Positions 26,703 to 40,015 are shown, counted from the stretch's first letter. The stretch: 64,000 bases of DNA from Paraspadella gotoi (GCA_051294375.1 CM119267.1:7075205-7139204); one strand, 5' to 3'. Notes: generated by a model not told the origin, from the letters alone. Made by a program: numbers and translations.

Positions 26703-28372
26703 AGATAGATAGATAGAATATAGAAGATAGATAGAGATAGATGATAGATAGATAATAGATAGATAGATAGATAGAAGTAGATAGATAGATAGATAGAAAA
26801 AAAAAATTAAGATTTAAGATTGAAGATAGTATTAGAATTAGATAGGATAGATAGATTAGATAAATAAGATAGATACTATCTATACTAAATAGATAGATAT
26901 GATAGATAGATAGATAGATAGATAGATAAAGACAAAACAATTTATTCAATCTATATGATGACTCAGCGGTTCAAGCGAGTTCGTTGAATCGCGACCTCAT
27001 GTTCTCTCTCATCTGGACGAGCGATTGGTCGCACGAGTTGTTGAACGACCTCAAGCGGGCCGACCTCCCGACGCTTAAATTGTTGGAGGAGATGAAGAAG
27101 TTGAGGATCTTCGAAGAGGACGTCGTTATTCTTCTAAGGTTCGTCGTTTCTTCTTTGTTTTTGTTTTTTTGGTTTTTTTTTTTTTTTCTAAAGAAAGAGA
27201 TAAACGGGGAAGAGAGAGAGCAAACGTCCGACTTCAGATAAAACTGTTTTCGAGAACATTTATCGAATCGATTCCAAGTTGACGATCCAACTCTCCGTCC
27301 CCCAACTCCCTCCAATCTTCCTTCGATTTCAGCGACCACGGTCTCCGTTTCGGTCGCATCCTCGAGACCCGAATCGGTCGTCAAGAATTGTCGATGCCCG
27401 TCCTCGTCATCTCTCTTCCGCCGTGGTTCCATCGACGATTCCAACCTTTCGTGCGCAACTTAAAGATCAACGCGCGACGACTCACGACGCCTTACGACCT
27501 TCACGAGACGCTGCATCATCTGCTGCGGTTGCAGGTCGGCGAAGCGGCGGCGGATGCTGCTGTGCGCTTTTCCAGAGGCGAATCAGCCTCCGGTCGCCGC
27601 AGTCGGGTTTACTCGCTCTTCGACGAGGTGCCGGAGTCGCGCACCTGCGCCTCTAGCGGGATTCCGCAGCAGTACTGCTCCTGCGGCATGACGCCCGACG
27701 CCCCTCTCGACGATCCCGACGTGCTCGCGTCCGCCGAAGCCATCGTCCGGAGTCTCAACGATGCGACCAAAGTCTACGATCATCTTTGCGCTCGGCTCGA
27801 GTTGAATCGGATCAGGCACAGTTACAGGTGATGTGAGGTTTTACGAACATGTTTCGAATAAGTTATTGAAGAGGCAGGTTAAGCGCCCTGTCCCTCTTAA
27901 CTGCTAGGCGGCCACCGGGCTAGAAACCCGGACCTTTGGGTTGGGAGGAGAATGACTTGCCTCCGGCACCAATGGCCACTGATGAACGGTTGGTGGATTT
28001 TAGTCCACCATATTATCGACTAAGTTATCTCCTGTCGCCACCGCTGCAGATTCTGCAGCCGCTGCTTTCCTATATTTGTCTCATGTTTTCGATTGCAGAA
28101 AAGAGACAGGGAACAGCGTCACCTTCTTGACGACGATCTCAACGTCACCTGGCGACGGCATCTTCGAAGTCTCCGCTTCCAGAGTCGAGGGCCGATGGAA
28201 GGTCGACCTTGCGGAGGTGAACAGGCTCGATCGCTACGGTACGCAGTCCGCCTGTCTGCCATGGAGCGAAAAGCTCCAGCGAAAGATTTGCTACTGCGAG
28301 GCGCGGGGCGCGAACAAGGACTCACCGGGTTGGATGCAAACGTTGCAGAGTTTATTGTTGTTGTATCAATGA
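24032..28372 (+). CDS. DUF229-family protein (alkaline phosphatase/sulfatase-like fold), predicted N-terminal membrane anchor, 8 exons
   Basis: Exons ~24032-24325, 24628-25001, 25231(or 25213)-25401, 25713-~25887, 26233-26336, 26967-27138, 27333-27827 and 28099-28372 with GT/AG boundaries. Motifs: GCVIPEFDPFD, NVHLIGMDSVSRHNFVRHLPKT, GYNKVGDNSLPNQMPLLAG, PFIWREF, PDHYYEPF, WSHELLN, SDHGLRFG, NARRLTTPYDLHETL, SLFDEVPESRTC, NRLDRYGTQSAC, KICYC. Apparent 1-bp frameshifts in exons 4 and 5; the exon 4/5 junction phase is uncertain. Confidence 0.9.
26440..26930. repeat. (GATA)n microsatellite following (GA)n, intronic
   Basis: Direct observation. Confidence 0.95.
27872..28011 (-). mobile_element. 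Family A SINE/retrozyme-like copy, truncated within the twister, antisense in the last DUF229 intron
   Basis: Reverse complement aligns with 32865-33005. Retains GCAGTT-AAG-AGG-GA-CAG-GGCGCT-TAA-CCT-GC-C, then stops. Confidence 0.8.
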
Positions 28373-28630
28373 TTTTATTGTTTGTTGTTTTTTGTTTGTT
28401 TTTTTAATCTTTCTTTAATATGAATCTTTCTTGTTCGATGTTCAATTATACAATTTTATTCGATATCGATATTCAGTTATGAAGATAACCAACATCTTTC
28501 GATAGTTTAATACATTTCTTGGTTGCTTATCCTGGGTAATGCATCGTAAAGCCAGGGTGAATATAGCGATAATGAAAGGTTAATTAAGAGATGAGGAGAG
28601 GAGAGAGAGAGAGAGATAGAGAGAGGAGAG

Positions 28631-28686
<56 letters not shown>

Positions 28687-29484
28687 AGAGAGAGAGAGGA
28701 GAGAGGAGAGAGAGAGAGGCAGAAATGAAATTATACCGAAGAAACCAAAAACAATGTATGAAAATCATTCTCTTTTGTTGTCGTTTTTGTTCATTAAGAG
28801 ACATTTTTTTTTATTTCTTTATAACGTAACCCGCTTCTCATCAAAACGGAATCCCCATTGATCATTATCTCCGGCATAATAGAAAATATGAGCGCGCGTG
28901 CGAGAGAAGCGCGGGCGCCTATGAGCGGTAAAAAAGAGGGCGCGGCGTCGTTGGCGGCTGAGGCGGTGCATCAAGCTAGGATCAAGAATCGATCCTGAGT
29001 CTCTCTTCCGTCTTACAGGGCGATCCCTTTGAAGTTAAAGAAATTGATTAGTCAATAATTACTTTTATTATTTAATCATTATCTTTCTGGGATGTATAAA
29101 ATATTTTAGTTTTTATTATAGAACAAAAATGATTATCTAATTTTACTTCAAATGATATTTTCCTGACGTATCACGTATCACCGTGTAGTTCATAACTCGC
29201 AATTATGCCGGGCCAACTCGCTTCTTCTTCCTCTTCTTCTTTCCCTTTTTTTTTTCCTCCCCCCTCATACCGTCTAATTAAGAAAAGCAATTTCTTGTCA
29301 CGGGCAGCCAGCAGCGTCTTCCTCGTCGTCGTCGTCGTCGTCATCGTCGTCGTCGTCGCCCTCAACATCTTCGGTCACCTCAGTTTCGACTGTTTTCGAT
29401 GCCCTATGAATTAATATATTCTATCGTTTTTCTTTCATGCTTGTTCCTGAAGAATGCTACTGTATCATATTTTAAATGAAATAG

Positions 29485-29670
29485 GGGGATAGGGAAGCTA
29501 GGTACTCTGGGAGTGAATAAAGTCTTGATTGAAAACTTGCAGGGATCTGCTATGTCATTATCTTGTAATAGTGATGGAGGCCTTAAACCACCAAAGCCTC
29601 CAAAGTCAGGGGCAAGATAGCTTATTTATTAAATAAATGGATAATTTTTATATTGGTTGTTCCAATTTCT
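29485..29670 (+). mobile_element. Family C repeat, partial copy with twister fold (29558-29620; 2-nt deletion in P4)
   Basis: Closely similar to 54335-54535. Reads TTATCTTGT-AAT-AGT-GA-TGG-AGGCCT-TAA-ACC-AC-C-AAA-G-CC-T-CCA-AA-GT-CAGG-G-GCAAGATAG. Confidence 0.8.
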
Positions 29671-30394
29671 TAAATATTTTATATTAGATACCATTATTAA
29701 AATTAATTTTATCATTTTATTATAAGAACTTGTCTAATTGCTGACTATCTTGAACTACTCGAGTATATTTTTACATAAACGAAAGCGAACCCGGGGGCTC
29801 GAACCGGCGACTTGTCAATATGTACGGACATACTTTGTCTATAATGCTAAGCCCTCCGTCGTCGTCGTCGTCGTCTTCGTCGTCATCAGCGTCTTCGTTT
29901 TCATCGTCGCTGGATCGGAAATCCGATGAACCTCCTTGGATCTACGACGACGACCCCTTAAGTGGGGGTTGGGAAAGTCTGGAGCGGAAACTGGGGGTAG
30001 TGGAGGGCGTGTCATTGGAGCGGAGGGTCCAGGATAATTATCAGTCTTGCATTACTAAGAATAAATAGATGAGATTAACGCCCAAGTCGATCACGCGCGA
30101 TGGATTAACAGAGCTTAATGTTGGTGGAGAAAGTAATTTGTTCACGAGACGAAGCGTGAATCGTTGATTGGAAAGAGATGGTGAAATTCTGGCTGAAGAC
30201 GAGAGGGATCACCATCTCTCGAAAATGGATACTTTTTTAATTTAAATAATAAATATATTACATATTAGACAGAAGGTTAAAAATTTTTCAGGTAATTAAC
30301 TTTCATTAAGCTTTTGTGTCTATTTAAGTTGTAATGTAGGTTTCGCACTTCGTATTAACTAGGAATACAGAGTTTTTGTCGAAAGGGACTTTTC

Positions 30395-30456
<62 letters not shown>

Positions 30457-30522
30457 TGTCAGATCAATTCAGTGGTGATTTGTCTCAGTCGAGGATTCAC
30501 CAAATTAATCATCATTGTCGAC

Positions 30523-31123
30523 TTTAGTAGAGCCAAACTTCGTCAATGGGGTGGGTCAGAAGTTTGATTTGGGAATCTTTCCAAATGAAACTTCATACAT
30601 TTCTGAGAAAACTTTCAATGGAGCAAAATTTTCTAAAATGGCAAGAAGCATTAGTAATTAATTTTTTAATATTTATTTATAGATAGGAAATGTCAAAATT
30701 TTTTTGGGGAATTTTTTATTTTTAAAAGCAGATTCAAATAGCTTATAAAAAGTTATCTACACAAAGTATAATTCTTTTTTCAATATTTTGATGATAAGTG
30801 GGTTTAAATTGAGAAAAACCTTAAAAAATCATCATCATCATCATCAGTTTTTACTAATTTTTAGTAATAAAACATCAAAATTTTAAAAAGTTGTAATTAT
30901 ATTTTTTGCTTAACTTTTTAAGCTCTATCAGAATCATTTAAAAAAATTAAAATATCCAAAAAAATTTTTTTGACATTATATAGCAATATAATAATATTAA
31001 TTAGCGAATTACTCATGGTTCGGAACATTTTTGCAAAAAAATATTTTAACACAATAATTAATACCAATAATGGATTAGTTTAATGCTGTTCCCATTAAAA
31101 TTTGAATTTGGTCGGCTACCGCT
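30523..31123. mobile_element. AT-rich MITE-like DNA transposon relic, copy 1
   Basis: Internal similarity to 33600-34177 (AGATTCA.ATAGCT.ATAAAAAGTT.TCTACA, ATGATAAGTG, ATCATCATC). Imperfect terminal inverted repeats; ends approximate. Confidence 0.6.
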
Positions 31124-31195
31124 AACTTTAGAATCTTCTTTTTCTTTTTTCGGTGAACCATTCATAATCCCCGCGAGAAAAGGACGTAACTTTCC

Positions 31196-31430
31196 CAGCC
31201 TTTTGATTAGCTAAATAAAAAAAAATGAAGTAAAAGACAGTGAACTACTTTATTTACTTCATTCTGCCTTTTGATTCAGCCTTTTGATTAGCTAAATTAA
31301 AAAAAATGAAGTAAAAGACAGTGAACTACTTTATTTACTTCATTCTGCCTTTTGATTCAGCCTTTTGATTAGCTAAATAAAAAAAAATGAAGTAAAAGAC
31401 AGTGAACTACTTTATTTACTTCATTCTGAT
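31196..31430. repeat. 81-bp tandem repeat, ~3 copies
   Basis: Units start at 31196, 31277 and 31358 (CAGCCTTTTGATTAGCTAAAT...). Confidence 0.95.
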
Positions 31431-31998
31431 TTTGTGGAGGTGATTCTGTAAAAACGATTTTGTGACAAGTAAACACTGAAATCTTTTTATTGATCATAAA
31501 TATTTATAAACAGTAGTTAAAAAAAATAATTACCTATACAAGTTCGAGCAAGCAATTAGGTCTTCTGAAGGTATTTTATCTGAACATATTTGACCCTTGT
31601 CTTTTACCACTTAGTGACCGACAAAAACTAATTTTTCAGTTACAAAAAAAAAGTAATTTTTTAGTTTTTGTCGCATCCTGAAACGGAAGGGTTTGTCGCA
31701 ATCAACAACTTCGGCTGACGAAAGTGGCAAGCGTTCATGCTTACTTTCCTGACCTCTTGGCACACCAGGCCAAAACACCTCGTCGGGTTCCAATTCTGAG
31801 TCGGATAGATCCGCGAGCGGCTTCCTTGAAATTGGACGTCATCGTCGGAGGCGACGTTGATCCAAGATTCGGAGAAGATTCCGACGTCGCTGAAGGACAT
31901 CTTCAAGAGGTACGCTTCGAATGATTTGGGAGAGCTGATGGGAAAGAATAAGAAAAAAATGAAAGCAGAAAAGTTAAAAAAAAAAAGAACGGCAATTC

Positions 31999-32211
31999 CA
32001 ATGTGTTGCGGTGCAGTCACTTTATTTTCACGAGTATTTTTCTTTGATCACATGATATGACATGACATGACTAAAAAAATTTCCGTATGTATGCGCTGTA
32101 TCGAAATTCCGTCTTTTATTCCTTATAGTTTTAGGATTTCCAGGAGGAGGCGCTAGCAGTCACTTAGATTTGAGGTTTTTTTCTGTGTTAACAAATGAGC
32201 AACCAACTATA
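31999..32211 (+). repeat. Dispersed repeat with (CATGA)n, copy 1
   Basis: Aligns with 43858-44105 (CCAATGTGTTGCG...GGCGCTAGCAGTC.CTTAGATTTGAG...CAACCAACTATA). Confidence 0.8.
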
Positions 32212-32864
32212 ATTGAATTATATGCATTTTTAGCGTAGCTGGGACAGACATACCGACCGACAGACAGATGGATTGAAAAATGACGCAATCAAGCACGAAA
32301 AAAAATAAAAATTTGAATGCTAAAATAAAAATTTCAATTTCTTAAATGTAAGTAATATTCAAGGCTAATTTAAAAATTTAAAGCAACCTGGAAGTTTCTT
32401 GTTCATCAAGAAAATAAAAACCGAGAATCATTTTGGGTTCTGGAAGACAGTAGTACATCATGTGTCCCAGAGGAGTCAACCAATTACCGGTCGTATTTTG
32501 TGGACTCAACCACGTCTGCGGAGTTGAAAGCGTAAGAATGAAATTTTAATCGTAGTATCGTTTGGTTATTTCGCCGCAAAAAAAGAATGAGAACAAGATC
32601 ATTGGCAAGATTAAACATAAGAATTGAAAACAAAGAACTTTAAGAAATATAAAAGCGTAGTAATTTTATTTATTTGATTATACAATATACATATAAGATA
32701 ATCCGATTTGGAAAAAAATTATTATCATAACAGTTCAAATTATAGCTGAGAATTTATTCGGTCTTTGCATAACAGAAGAAAAAATTTAAACTTAGTAGAA
32801 ATAATAATTTTTTAATAATTAAATAGCACAGTACTTCGAAGAGTTCTGTCTTCCTATAAGGTAC

Positions 32865-33050
32865 TATGGCGGACTAAAATCCACCAACCGTTCATCAGCG
32901 GCCATTGGGCCCGGAGGCAAGTCAGTTGCCTCCCAACCCAAAGGTCCGGGGTTCTAGCCCGTTGGTCGCCTTGCAGTTAAGAGGGACGGGGCGCATAACC
33001 CGCCTGTAACACGGTGTTACAGCCTGATCCGAAGTTCAGGGACTGCTTAT
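32865..33050 (+). mobile_element. Family A: leader hairpin + tRNA-like head + twister ribozyme
   Basis: Leader TGGCGGA-CTAAAA-TCCACCA. tRNA-like GCCTCCCAACCCAAAGGTCCGGGGTTCTAGCCC with B-box-like GGTTCTAGCCC. Second copy at 27872-28011. Confidence 0.8.
32973..33046 (+). ncRNA. Type-P5 (circularly permuted) twister ribozyme, apparently near-intact; predicted cleavage T32996/A32997
   Basis: GCAGTT(P5)-AAG-AGG(P2')-GA-CGG(T1')-GGCGCA-TAA-CCC(P2)-GC(T2)-C-TGTAACA-CGG-TGTTACA(P3)-G-CCTGA(P4)-T-CCG(T1)-AA-GT(T2')-TCAGG(P4')-GACTGC(P5'). All conserved twister core nucleotides and both pseudoknots are present. Confidence 0.85.
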
Positions 33051-33439
33051 ATTGAACGGTTCTGTCATTAACAAATAACAATTATCACTGTCTCTTCATT
33101 ACAAACATGAAATGAACAAAAATTGTACCTATTAGGTTCACATAACTTGCTTCACAGAAGTCTCCTCCCTCTCTCTATCTTAAATCATATAAGTTTCTGC
33201 TTCTAAATTTCTATTGTCAGTTGGAAACCTGTTCTTTCTTTGTCTTAAGGCTTGACTACTTCTGCCCCCTGTGGTGAAACTTTTTGTAGTAGAAAAATTA
33301 TCAATAATGTTGACCCATATTCTTTAAATTCTCTAAATTCTCAACTATCATTTGAATCTAATCCTGCCAGAATCATGACTCTGAAAATATATTTATCATA
33401 ACAGTTTTGCTGCTTACTTGCTTTTTCTTTTCCGCCGTC

Positions 33440-34282
33440 GTTACCGAAATTTGGCTTTTCTTACCGTACGTTTTGACGAATTCGCCTTAAATTTAGGATA
33501 AAGTTATTTTTGATATAACGTTTGAATATATTCAATATATTTGGTTACGGATTCGAGTTAGGGGTAAAGCTATAAACTTGGTAACCATTTAGCTTTAGGT
33601 AGGGGTAGCCCCACTCAAAGGGGTGAGTAAAAAATTTAGAATGAGTACATGCTCAAACGAGAATTTATACATTTTTAAGTAAATTTTCAATGGACAAAAA
33701 ATTTCTTATATGGCTCTATACCCAAATAATTATTATTTTACATATTTATTTATAAATAGGAAAGTCCAAAATTTTTAAATATTTAATACTAGATTCAGAT
33801 AGCTCATAAAAAGTTGTCTACATAAAGTATCATTCTTTTTTTTAAATATTTTTATGATAAGTGAGTCAAAAATAAAAAACTGTAAAAAATTATCATCATC
33901 TTCATCTTTCGATGATTTTATCAGTTTTTTTTATAATTTCACTTGGAAAACGTAGGAATTTTTAAAAGCTGTAATTATATTTCTTGTTTAACTTTTCATG
34001 CTCTATGAGAATCCATCAAAAAATTATAATATTTCAAAAAAAAATTTTAGAATGCAAAAAAGACATATAATGTAATTTTTTTTGGAAAATGATTGCTTAA
34101 ATATTTAGTCAAGACAACTAAAAAAACTTTGCTAATAGTCCAAATTTTATATTATCTCCGGAGTTGGTCTCTACTTTAGGGTTGAATATTAGCAATCAAT
34201 TAGGTTCAGTGATTGAGGAACAGAAATGGGCCGCTTTGGGGAAAGGAAACAGAAATGGGGCGCTTTTGAAAAAGATAGCCGT
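33440..34282 (+). mobile_element. Family T repeat with a nested AT-rich MITE (33600-34177, copy 2 of the 30523 family)
   Basis: TTAGG-like tracts flank the insert on both sides. Terminus GGGCGCTTTTGAAAAAGATAGCCG. Confidence 0.55.
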
Positions 34283-35749
34283 ATAGCAGATTAATTTTTT
34301 ACGTACTTTCTCCTTTAGGGCATTTTTTTTTAACTGATTTTTGCAAGAAGATCACATTTTTGTTGGAGCTGACTTGAACCACTCTGGACGATGGCAACAA
34401 CGACGACGACGACCCCGATAACGCCGATGACTCCAACACCGACGACGCCTCAACAGACCACAAAAATAAAACGTACGCCACCAAATTTGTCATCCCGAGA
34501 TTCTTTCGATTATTGCGAAAGGATAAGGAATGAAATTTGCATCAAATTTATTTAAATCGGAAAAGGATGAAAAATCAATTACAGTAATAGGTGGTTTGGC
34601 CTGTATGGCTTATTACCTATAGTAACGTTTTTCTCCTAAATCTCTTAAATAATTATTTAAGTACCTACTACGACAATGAATATCCACATGTATTATTGAT
34701 CTAGATTTTATTATAAAGTAAAGACGAAATTTTTATCTACCTAAAAAATAAATATAAAATTCCATTTAATATTTTTTTTTCTTCTTTTTTTTCACTCTTT
34801 TCTTTTTGATTTATTAATTCAAATGCCAAATTTATAATCGTTTCTTTACTTTACAGTTTACACAATGGTTCTAACTGTAACTATCCAATTCAGGATTTTA
34901 CCTCAGTTTCAATGCCGAATCGATTTTCCTGTTGACTCAAGAATCGGAGTTGGAATTTGGTAGGAAATTATGAATCCGACAATCGGAAAAGTCGATGAAA
35001 CTTTTCCTTAATTTTCTTTTTGCATCGGTTTTTTTTTTTTTTTCGAGTCGTCTATTTTTTCTATGCCCAGATTGTACACAAGACTGGATTCTAATAATAT
35101 AACGTTCTAATTGTTTTAAAATATTAATTAATTTAAACAAAAATAGAAACATGAAACAAGAAATAATAAGAACCTAATATGAAATATTCCGTCATAATAT
35201 TAGGAAAAAAACATTGTGTTGTATATATATATATAATAATATATACGCATATATATATACTATATATACTATTTATGCTCCAACACTAACATCCCTGTCC
35301 AAATAATAGTTTTGATAATAAAAAAGAAAGTTAATAATAGGTAATAAAAAAATGCATATAAACATAAAGTGAACATAATAATATAGTATATTAAATATTT
35401 TAAAATTTAAAACTTAGAATAGTGAAACAAGTTATTTTGAAATTTTCATAAGATTCGCCATTCCTTTCTTCGTAATGTTTCACCTTCATTCCTGTCTAAA
35501 AGAAAAACAAAGGCAAAAACTAGTAGAATTTTATAGAAAATACACTATAAAATTGCACTTTTACCAAAATCGCTCTTTATACTAAATTAGTAAAGACTTT
35601 AAAGTGGAAAAGTGAAAAATGAATGTTAAGACGAATAAGGGAAAAGATTCTAGGCGAAGGTTGTACGCATCTTCCGTGGGGCCAAAGGGGAAATGGAAAG
35701 GGAAAATGAAAAGAATAGAAGAGGGAGAGAGAGAGAGGAGAGAGAGAGA

Positions 35750-35784
<35 letters not shown>

Positions 35785-36149
35785 AGAGAGACGAAGAAGA
35801 GAGAGAGAGAGAGAGAGATAGAAACGAGGAAATAACTTTTTACGTTGAAGGGCCAGAGGGGAAAATTGAAGGAAAGCTTTTCTTTTTTTTAAACGCGCCG
35901 AAGATGGCGGGGAAAACAGAGTATTAAAAAGCATTGAATGCGGAAAAAATACCATCCGTGAAGGATTTGGATTGTTCTTTAATGTCCTGATCGGAATCGG
36001 TTTTTAAGTTTCTTTTTATGTCGTAAAAAAACCAATTGAAGAAAGATAAAAAAAAATTTAATGAAAATAAACTATTGATTTGTTACTATATGAATATTTC
36101 GTCATTGCAACTTTATGAAGAAACTCAATATTTCATAAATACACTATTT

Positions 36150-36560
36150 TTCGCAAGCGCCCATTTCTGTTCCTAATATCTTAACTTAATTTTAACCTTA
36201 ATGTCTAACCCTAATCTTTTTTTAAATATAAAATAACTAATCTATTCTCTAACCATAGCTCTTAACCCTTACATCATCTCTTGCCGTGATACCTAATTCA
36301 AATACTATCTTCCCTAACCTAGTTCCTTACCTTTTTTTAACCCTAAAGTCAAATTCCTAAACCAAATTTTAACCAAAACCTTAACCTATTCCCTAACCCT
36401 AATCCCTAACCTCCTATCCCTAATCCCTAATCCCTAAGACTCCTAACCTAATTTTTAAACTGAAAAAAACTAATTTTAATTTTATACTTAATCTTAAAAA
36501 TCTTAAAAGTTTTATACTTAATCTTAAAGTTAAATGGGAGACTTTCGGAAAATATGACCG
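36150..36560 (-). mobile_element. Family T repeat (CCCTAA-like internal array)
   Basis: Starts AAGCGCCCATTTCTGTTCC, with a CCCTAACCCTAATCCCTAACC tract. Similar to 39843-40015. Confidence 0.5.
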
Positions 36561-36827
36561 AAGTCTTGACAGCCTCCTATTCTTTTTTTTTCTTTTGCTT
36601 TTCAAAAAATACTCGTTTATAGTACTGTATTTAGCAATTAGCTTATTTTTTTTCATATATTTGATCGAACTTGATTATTAAAAAACCCGAAATTTTTAAA
36701 CAATTAACATCCAACGTCTGCGACTCATATCCATTTCCGACATACCCGTCTCACACTTACCACACCTCGGCTTTCCTACCTACGCGTCGCAATAATGGAG
36801 AACCTTTTGAACCTCATCTCAGCAGAA

Positions 36828-36859
<32 letters not shown>

Positions 36860-37629
36860 CTTCATCACGTCACTTGACGTCCGTGAATAGGTCCGGACCA
36901 CCTCTCCTCGGGACGACCTTACCAAACTATATATTTCCAGCACTACCGCCCTTTTCGTATTTATAGCTTCGCGGTTATATTTTCTTTTTTTTTTATTAAA
37001 TTGTTTTGCTTCAAATTAACGTAATATCGGAAATATTATTCTTTTTATCGTTCAGAATCGATTACCACCGCAAATTCGGCAAAATATCTGAGAGAAATTT
37101 TTAATTTCTATATTTAATCTGTATTTAACTGTATATATTTAACTATATGGAGCCAGGCTTCCTCCTCTTTCTCCCGAACTTATTGTTTTTCTATCAACTT
37201 CGATTCCCTTCGACTCCCCAACTTTCGATCCCTTCTCGGCTTCAAACTATTTTCACTCTCTCACCCTCAGCGCCCTCTCCTCACCTTTCCTCACCTAGGC
37301 TGCGGCTGTAACGAGGCACCCGATTTGACCTTCACCCTCGCCGTCCCTTTTTTTTTTCTCGGGCGCTCTAATGAAGAGACCCTCTCGACCCGGGTCGCGG
37401 CCGCCGCGGCCTCACCGGGTTTTACACAACAGCCCCTTCCTCCCCACTCCTTAGAATTCTTTGCCGCCCTTACCCGTTCGCTCAGCCAAAAGCAGGAATC
37501 GGTCGTGTTGAAACTCGACGAATTGCGGAAATCGGTGGCGGCGAGAGCGGCGGCGGCGAGAGCGGCGGCGGCGATGAGTGGAAATCGAGTCAACAATCGA
37601 CGCTTTGTTTTCAATTTATTCGCGGCCGA

Positions 37630-37671
<42 letters not shown>

Positions 37672-38297
37672 TACGTTCGACTCGACTTGAAACGCAATTG
37701 TCCCGCAAGGAACTTTCTCGCTCACAATGCTGTCTGCGAGATTTTAGGCGACAAAGCAATAAGAGGCTGCAGCCAGCATGTGAGTTTTAAAACGGAGAAA
37801 CGAAGATCCAGAAACGGATCTGAATTTCGACTTTAGGCTTTTGCTTCTTACTTTCTTGAGCCTTTTCGTAAGCGAGGCAAGAATGATCACGTGACTACGC
37901 GAGTATGGAACGCATACATAACAGGTATCATATTGTTGATCACATTTTTGTAAAGTATTACCTAAAAAAAACCTAGTATTATACGAACGACGCTGCATTA
38001 ACTTCATCATCACGTGACTGCATTTGTACAGTGACACGTGACTGCACAAATATAAAACTGTAGTGGGAATTGCCAAGATCCACCCCGTAATTAAAATATC
38101 ATGAATTGTGTCGCATTGATGTGATTGCATTATTAGGTTATATATTCGCATTGGTTGGTAATTTTTTATCAAACGTTTCAAGCCCAACCAGAATCTCTCC
38201 CAAAAAGAAATATTCTGGCACTCCGGGAAAAAAAAAACCGGATCAAAAAGAAGATAGAAACGTTGACTTTGAGAAATTCGGAACAAAGAATGACCCC

Positions 38298-38333
<36 letters not shown>

Positions 38334-38474
38334 TATTGCCAAGGGCGTCGCCGGTTGCTAAGCGAATCTACGACGTCATTATCTATGTCGTTTAGGTTCC
38401 CACGGCGACGAACAACGGCGATTGATTAGCGCACGCAACCTTTTATTTCTATGCCGAAGAAAAACCAAGTTTAG

Positions 38475-38544
<70 letters not shown>

Positions 38545-38843
38545 TTCTCTATCTCCGTCACTATCTCAATCTCTTTCTCTCTCACTTTCTCTCGGTTTTA
38601 TTCATTCTTCCGATTCTTTGAATCTCAGCAAAGAATATTAGCGAATCCTTTTTAACATGATTTCTTTTTTAAATTTTAATAAACGCGCCATCTTTTTTTT
38701 CAATTTTAAATGATAAGCGCTAATGGATTTTTTTATACGCTAAAGAAGATAATTACGATAATCCGTCTTTTACTATTTATTTTTATTTTTTTTTTGCCTG
38801 GCTGGGCAAATCAAAAAAGACTTCGCACTTCACCCCAGCTTAA

Positions 38844-38896
<53 letters not shown>

Positions 38897-39842
38897 TCTC
38901 CTCTTTCTCTCTCGTCCTCTCTCGCCATGATGCGATGATGCTGATAAAGAGATAAACCTATTCGCTTGAATGCACAAAGCGTCCATAGTTTGTTTCTGTT
39001 CAGAAAAAAAATTTAAAAAATGAAATGATTTTATAGTTACGTATATGAGTCTGATGTTAAATTTATGCACTTGTCAATGTAATATACGTATACTTAGTCT
39101 TTCTCAATTTTGTTCTGTTCAAAATTTAATGCTTCTTATGCTCTCCTATCAACGGAGTGACTAGATACAATACAAAGAGAACTTTCTATTCTTACAGTTG
39201 CCTAGTTATCTCCATAATTTAGGTCTTAGCTTATTCATTGTGAATTTAGTTGTTGTTGTGGTTCGTCTTCGTTGTCGTAATTCCAACGATATTCTTCCGC
39301 AATTAAGACGCCTTTGTTAGCGTCTTAACTGACTCATTTATGTTTCATTATTGTCGTTCCCCGGGCGATTTTTTTTTCCTTCTCCTCCTCCTCCTCCTCC
39401 TCCTCCTCTTTACTCCCCTCCTCCTCATAGCTCACGGCCAAAGGAATATTAAAAATAATAAAATCCGATGTTTTTATCACGCTATTAACATTAGCTTCTT
39501 TTTCTCAAGACCCGAGTTTATATATATTATACTTACGCTTTAAACAACATGAAAAAAAAGACATTTTCTTCGGGATTTTCATCATCCTTTTTTTTTCTCT
39601 CTTCGCCGCGACGGTTTTCAACCAACGTTGGCGCCGGGCCAACCCACGCTCAAGCGGCTTCCATCCGAGGAGAATCATAACTCACGCAATGCGCGGTACG
39701 TTACGAGGCTGCGCGACGTCGCTCTGAGCGATACGCGGCGGAAAAACGAAGTCGCGCGTCAATTGAGCATCTGAGGTATCGACCGAATCTAATCGAAGGT
39801 TGAGAAATCGGTATTTCTATTTTTTAGAACTGATAATTTTTT

Positions 39843-40015
39843 GGGCTCTCTTTCCCAAAAGCGCCCAATTTCTGTTATTTAATCCCTCAAACTTATTTTA
39901 CCCCAATCTGTTACCAAACCATGAAATCTAATTCCTACCCCTTAACTCTGACCTAATCCTTGACCCTAATTCTAAATTCCGAATTTAAGTTAAAATGGAA
40001 AGTTTTGGGAAAATA
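39843..40015 (-). mobile_element. Family T repeat
   Basis: GGCTCTCTTTCCCAAAAGCGCCCAATTTCTGTT terminus plus CCTAA-like tract. Confidence 0.5.

Noticed and set aside
27977-28015. CTGATGA suggesting a hammerhead
   Set aside because: No stem II-GAAA-stem III follows. It is the antisense of the family A leader.
31680-31915. GC-richer exon-like block ending in AG/GTACGC; minus frame has DVGIFSESW, reminiscent of an AP endonuclease
   Set aside because: No frame gives a recognisable multi-motif match, so strand and coding status cannot be decided by eye.
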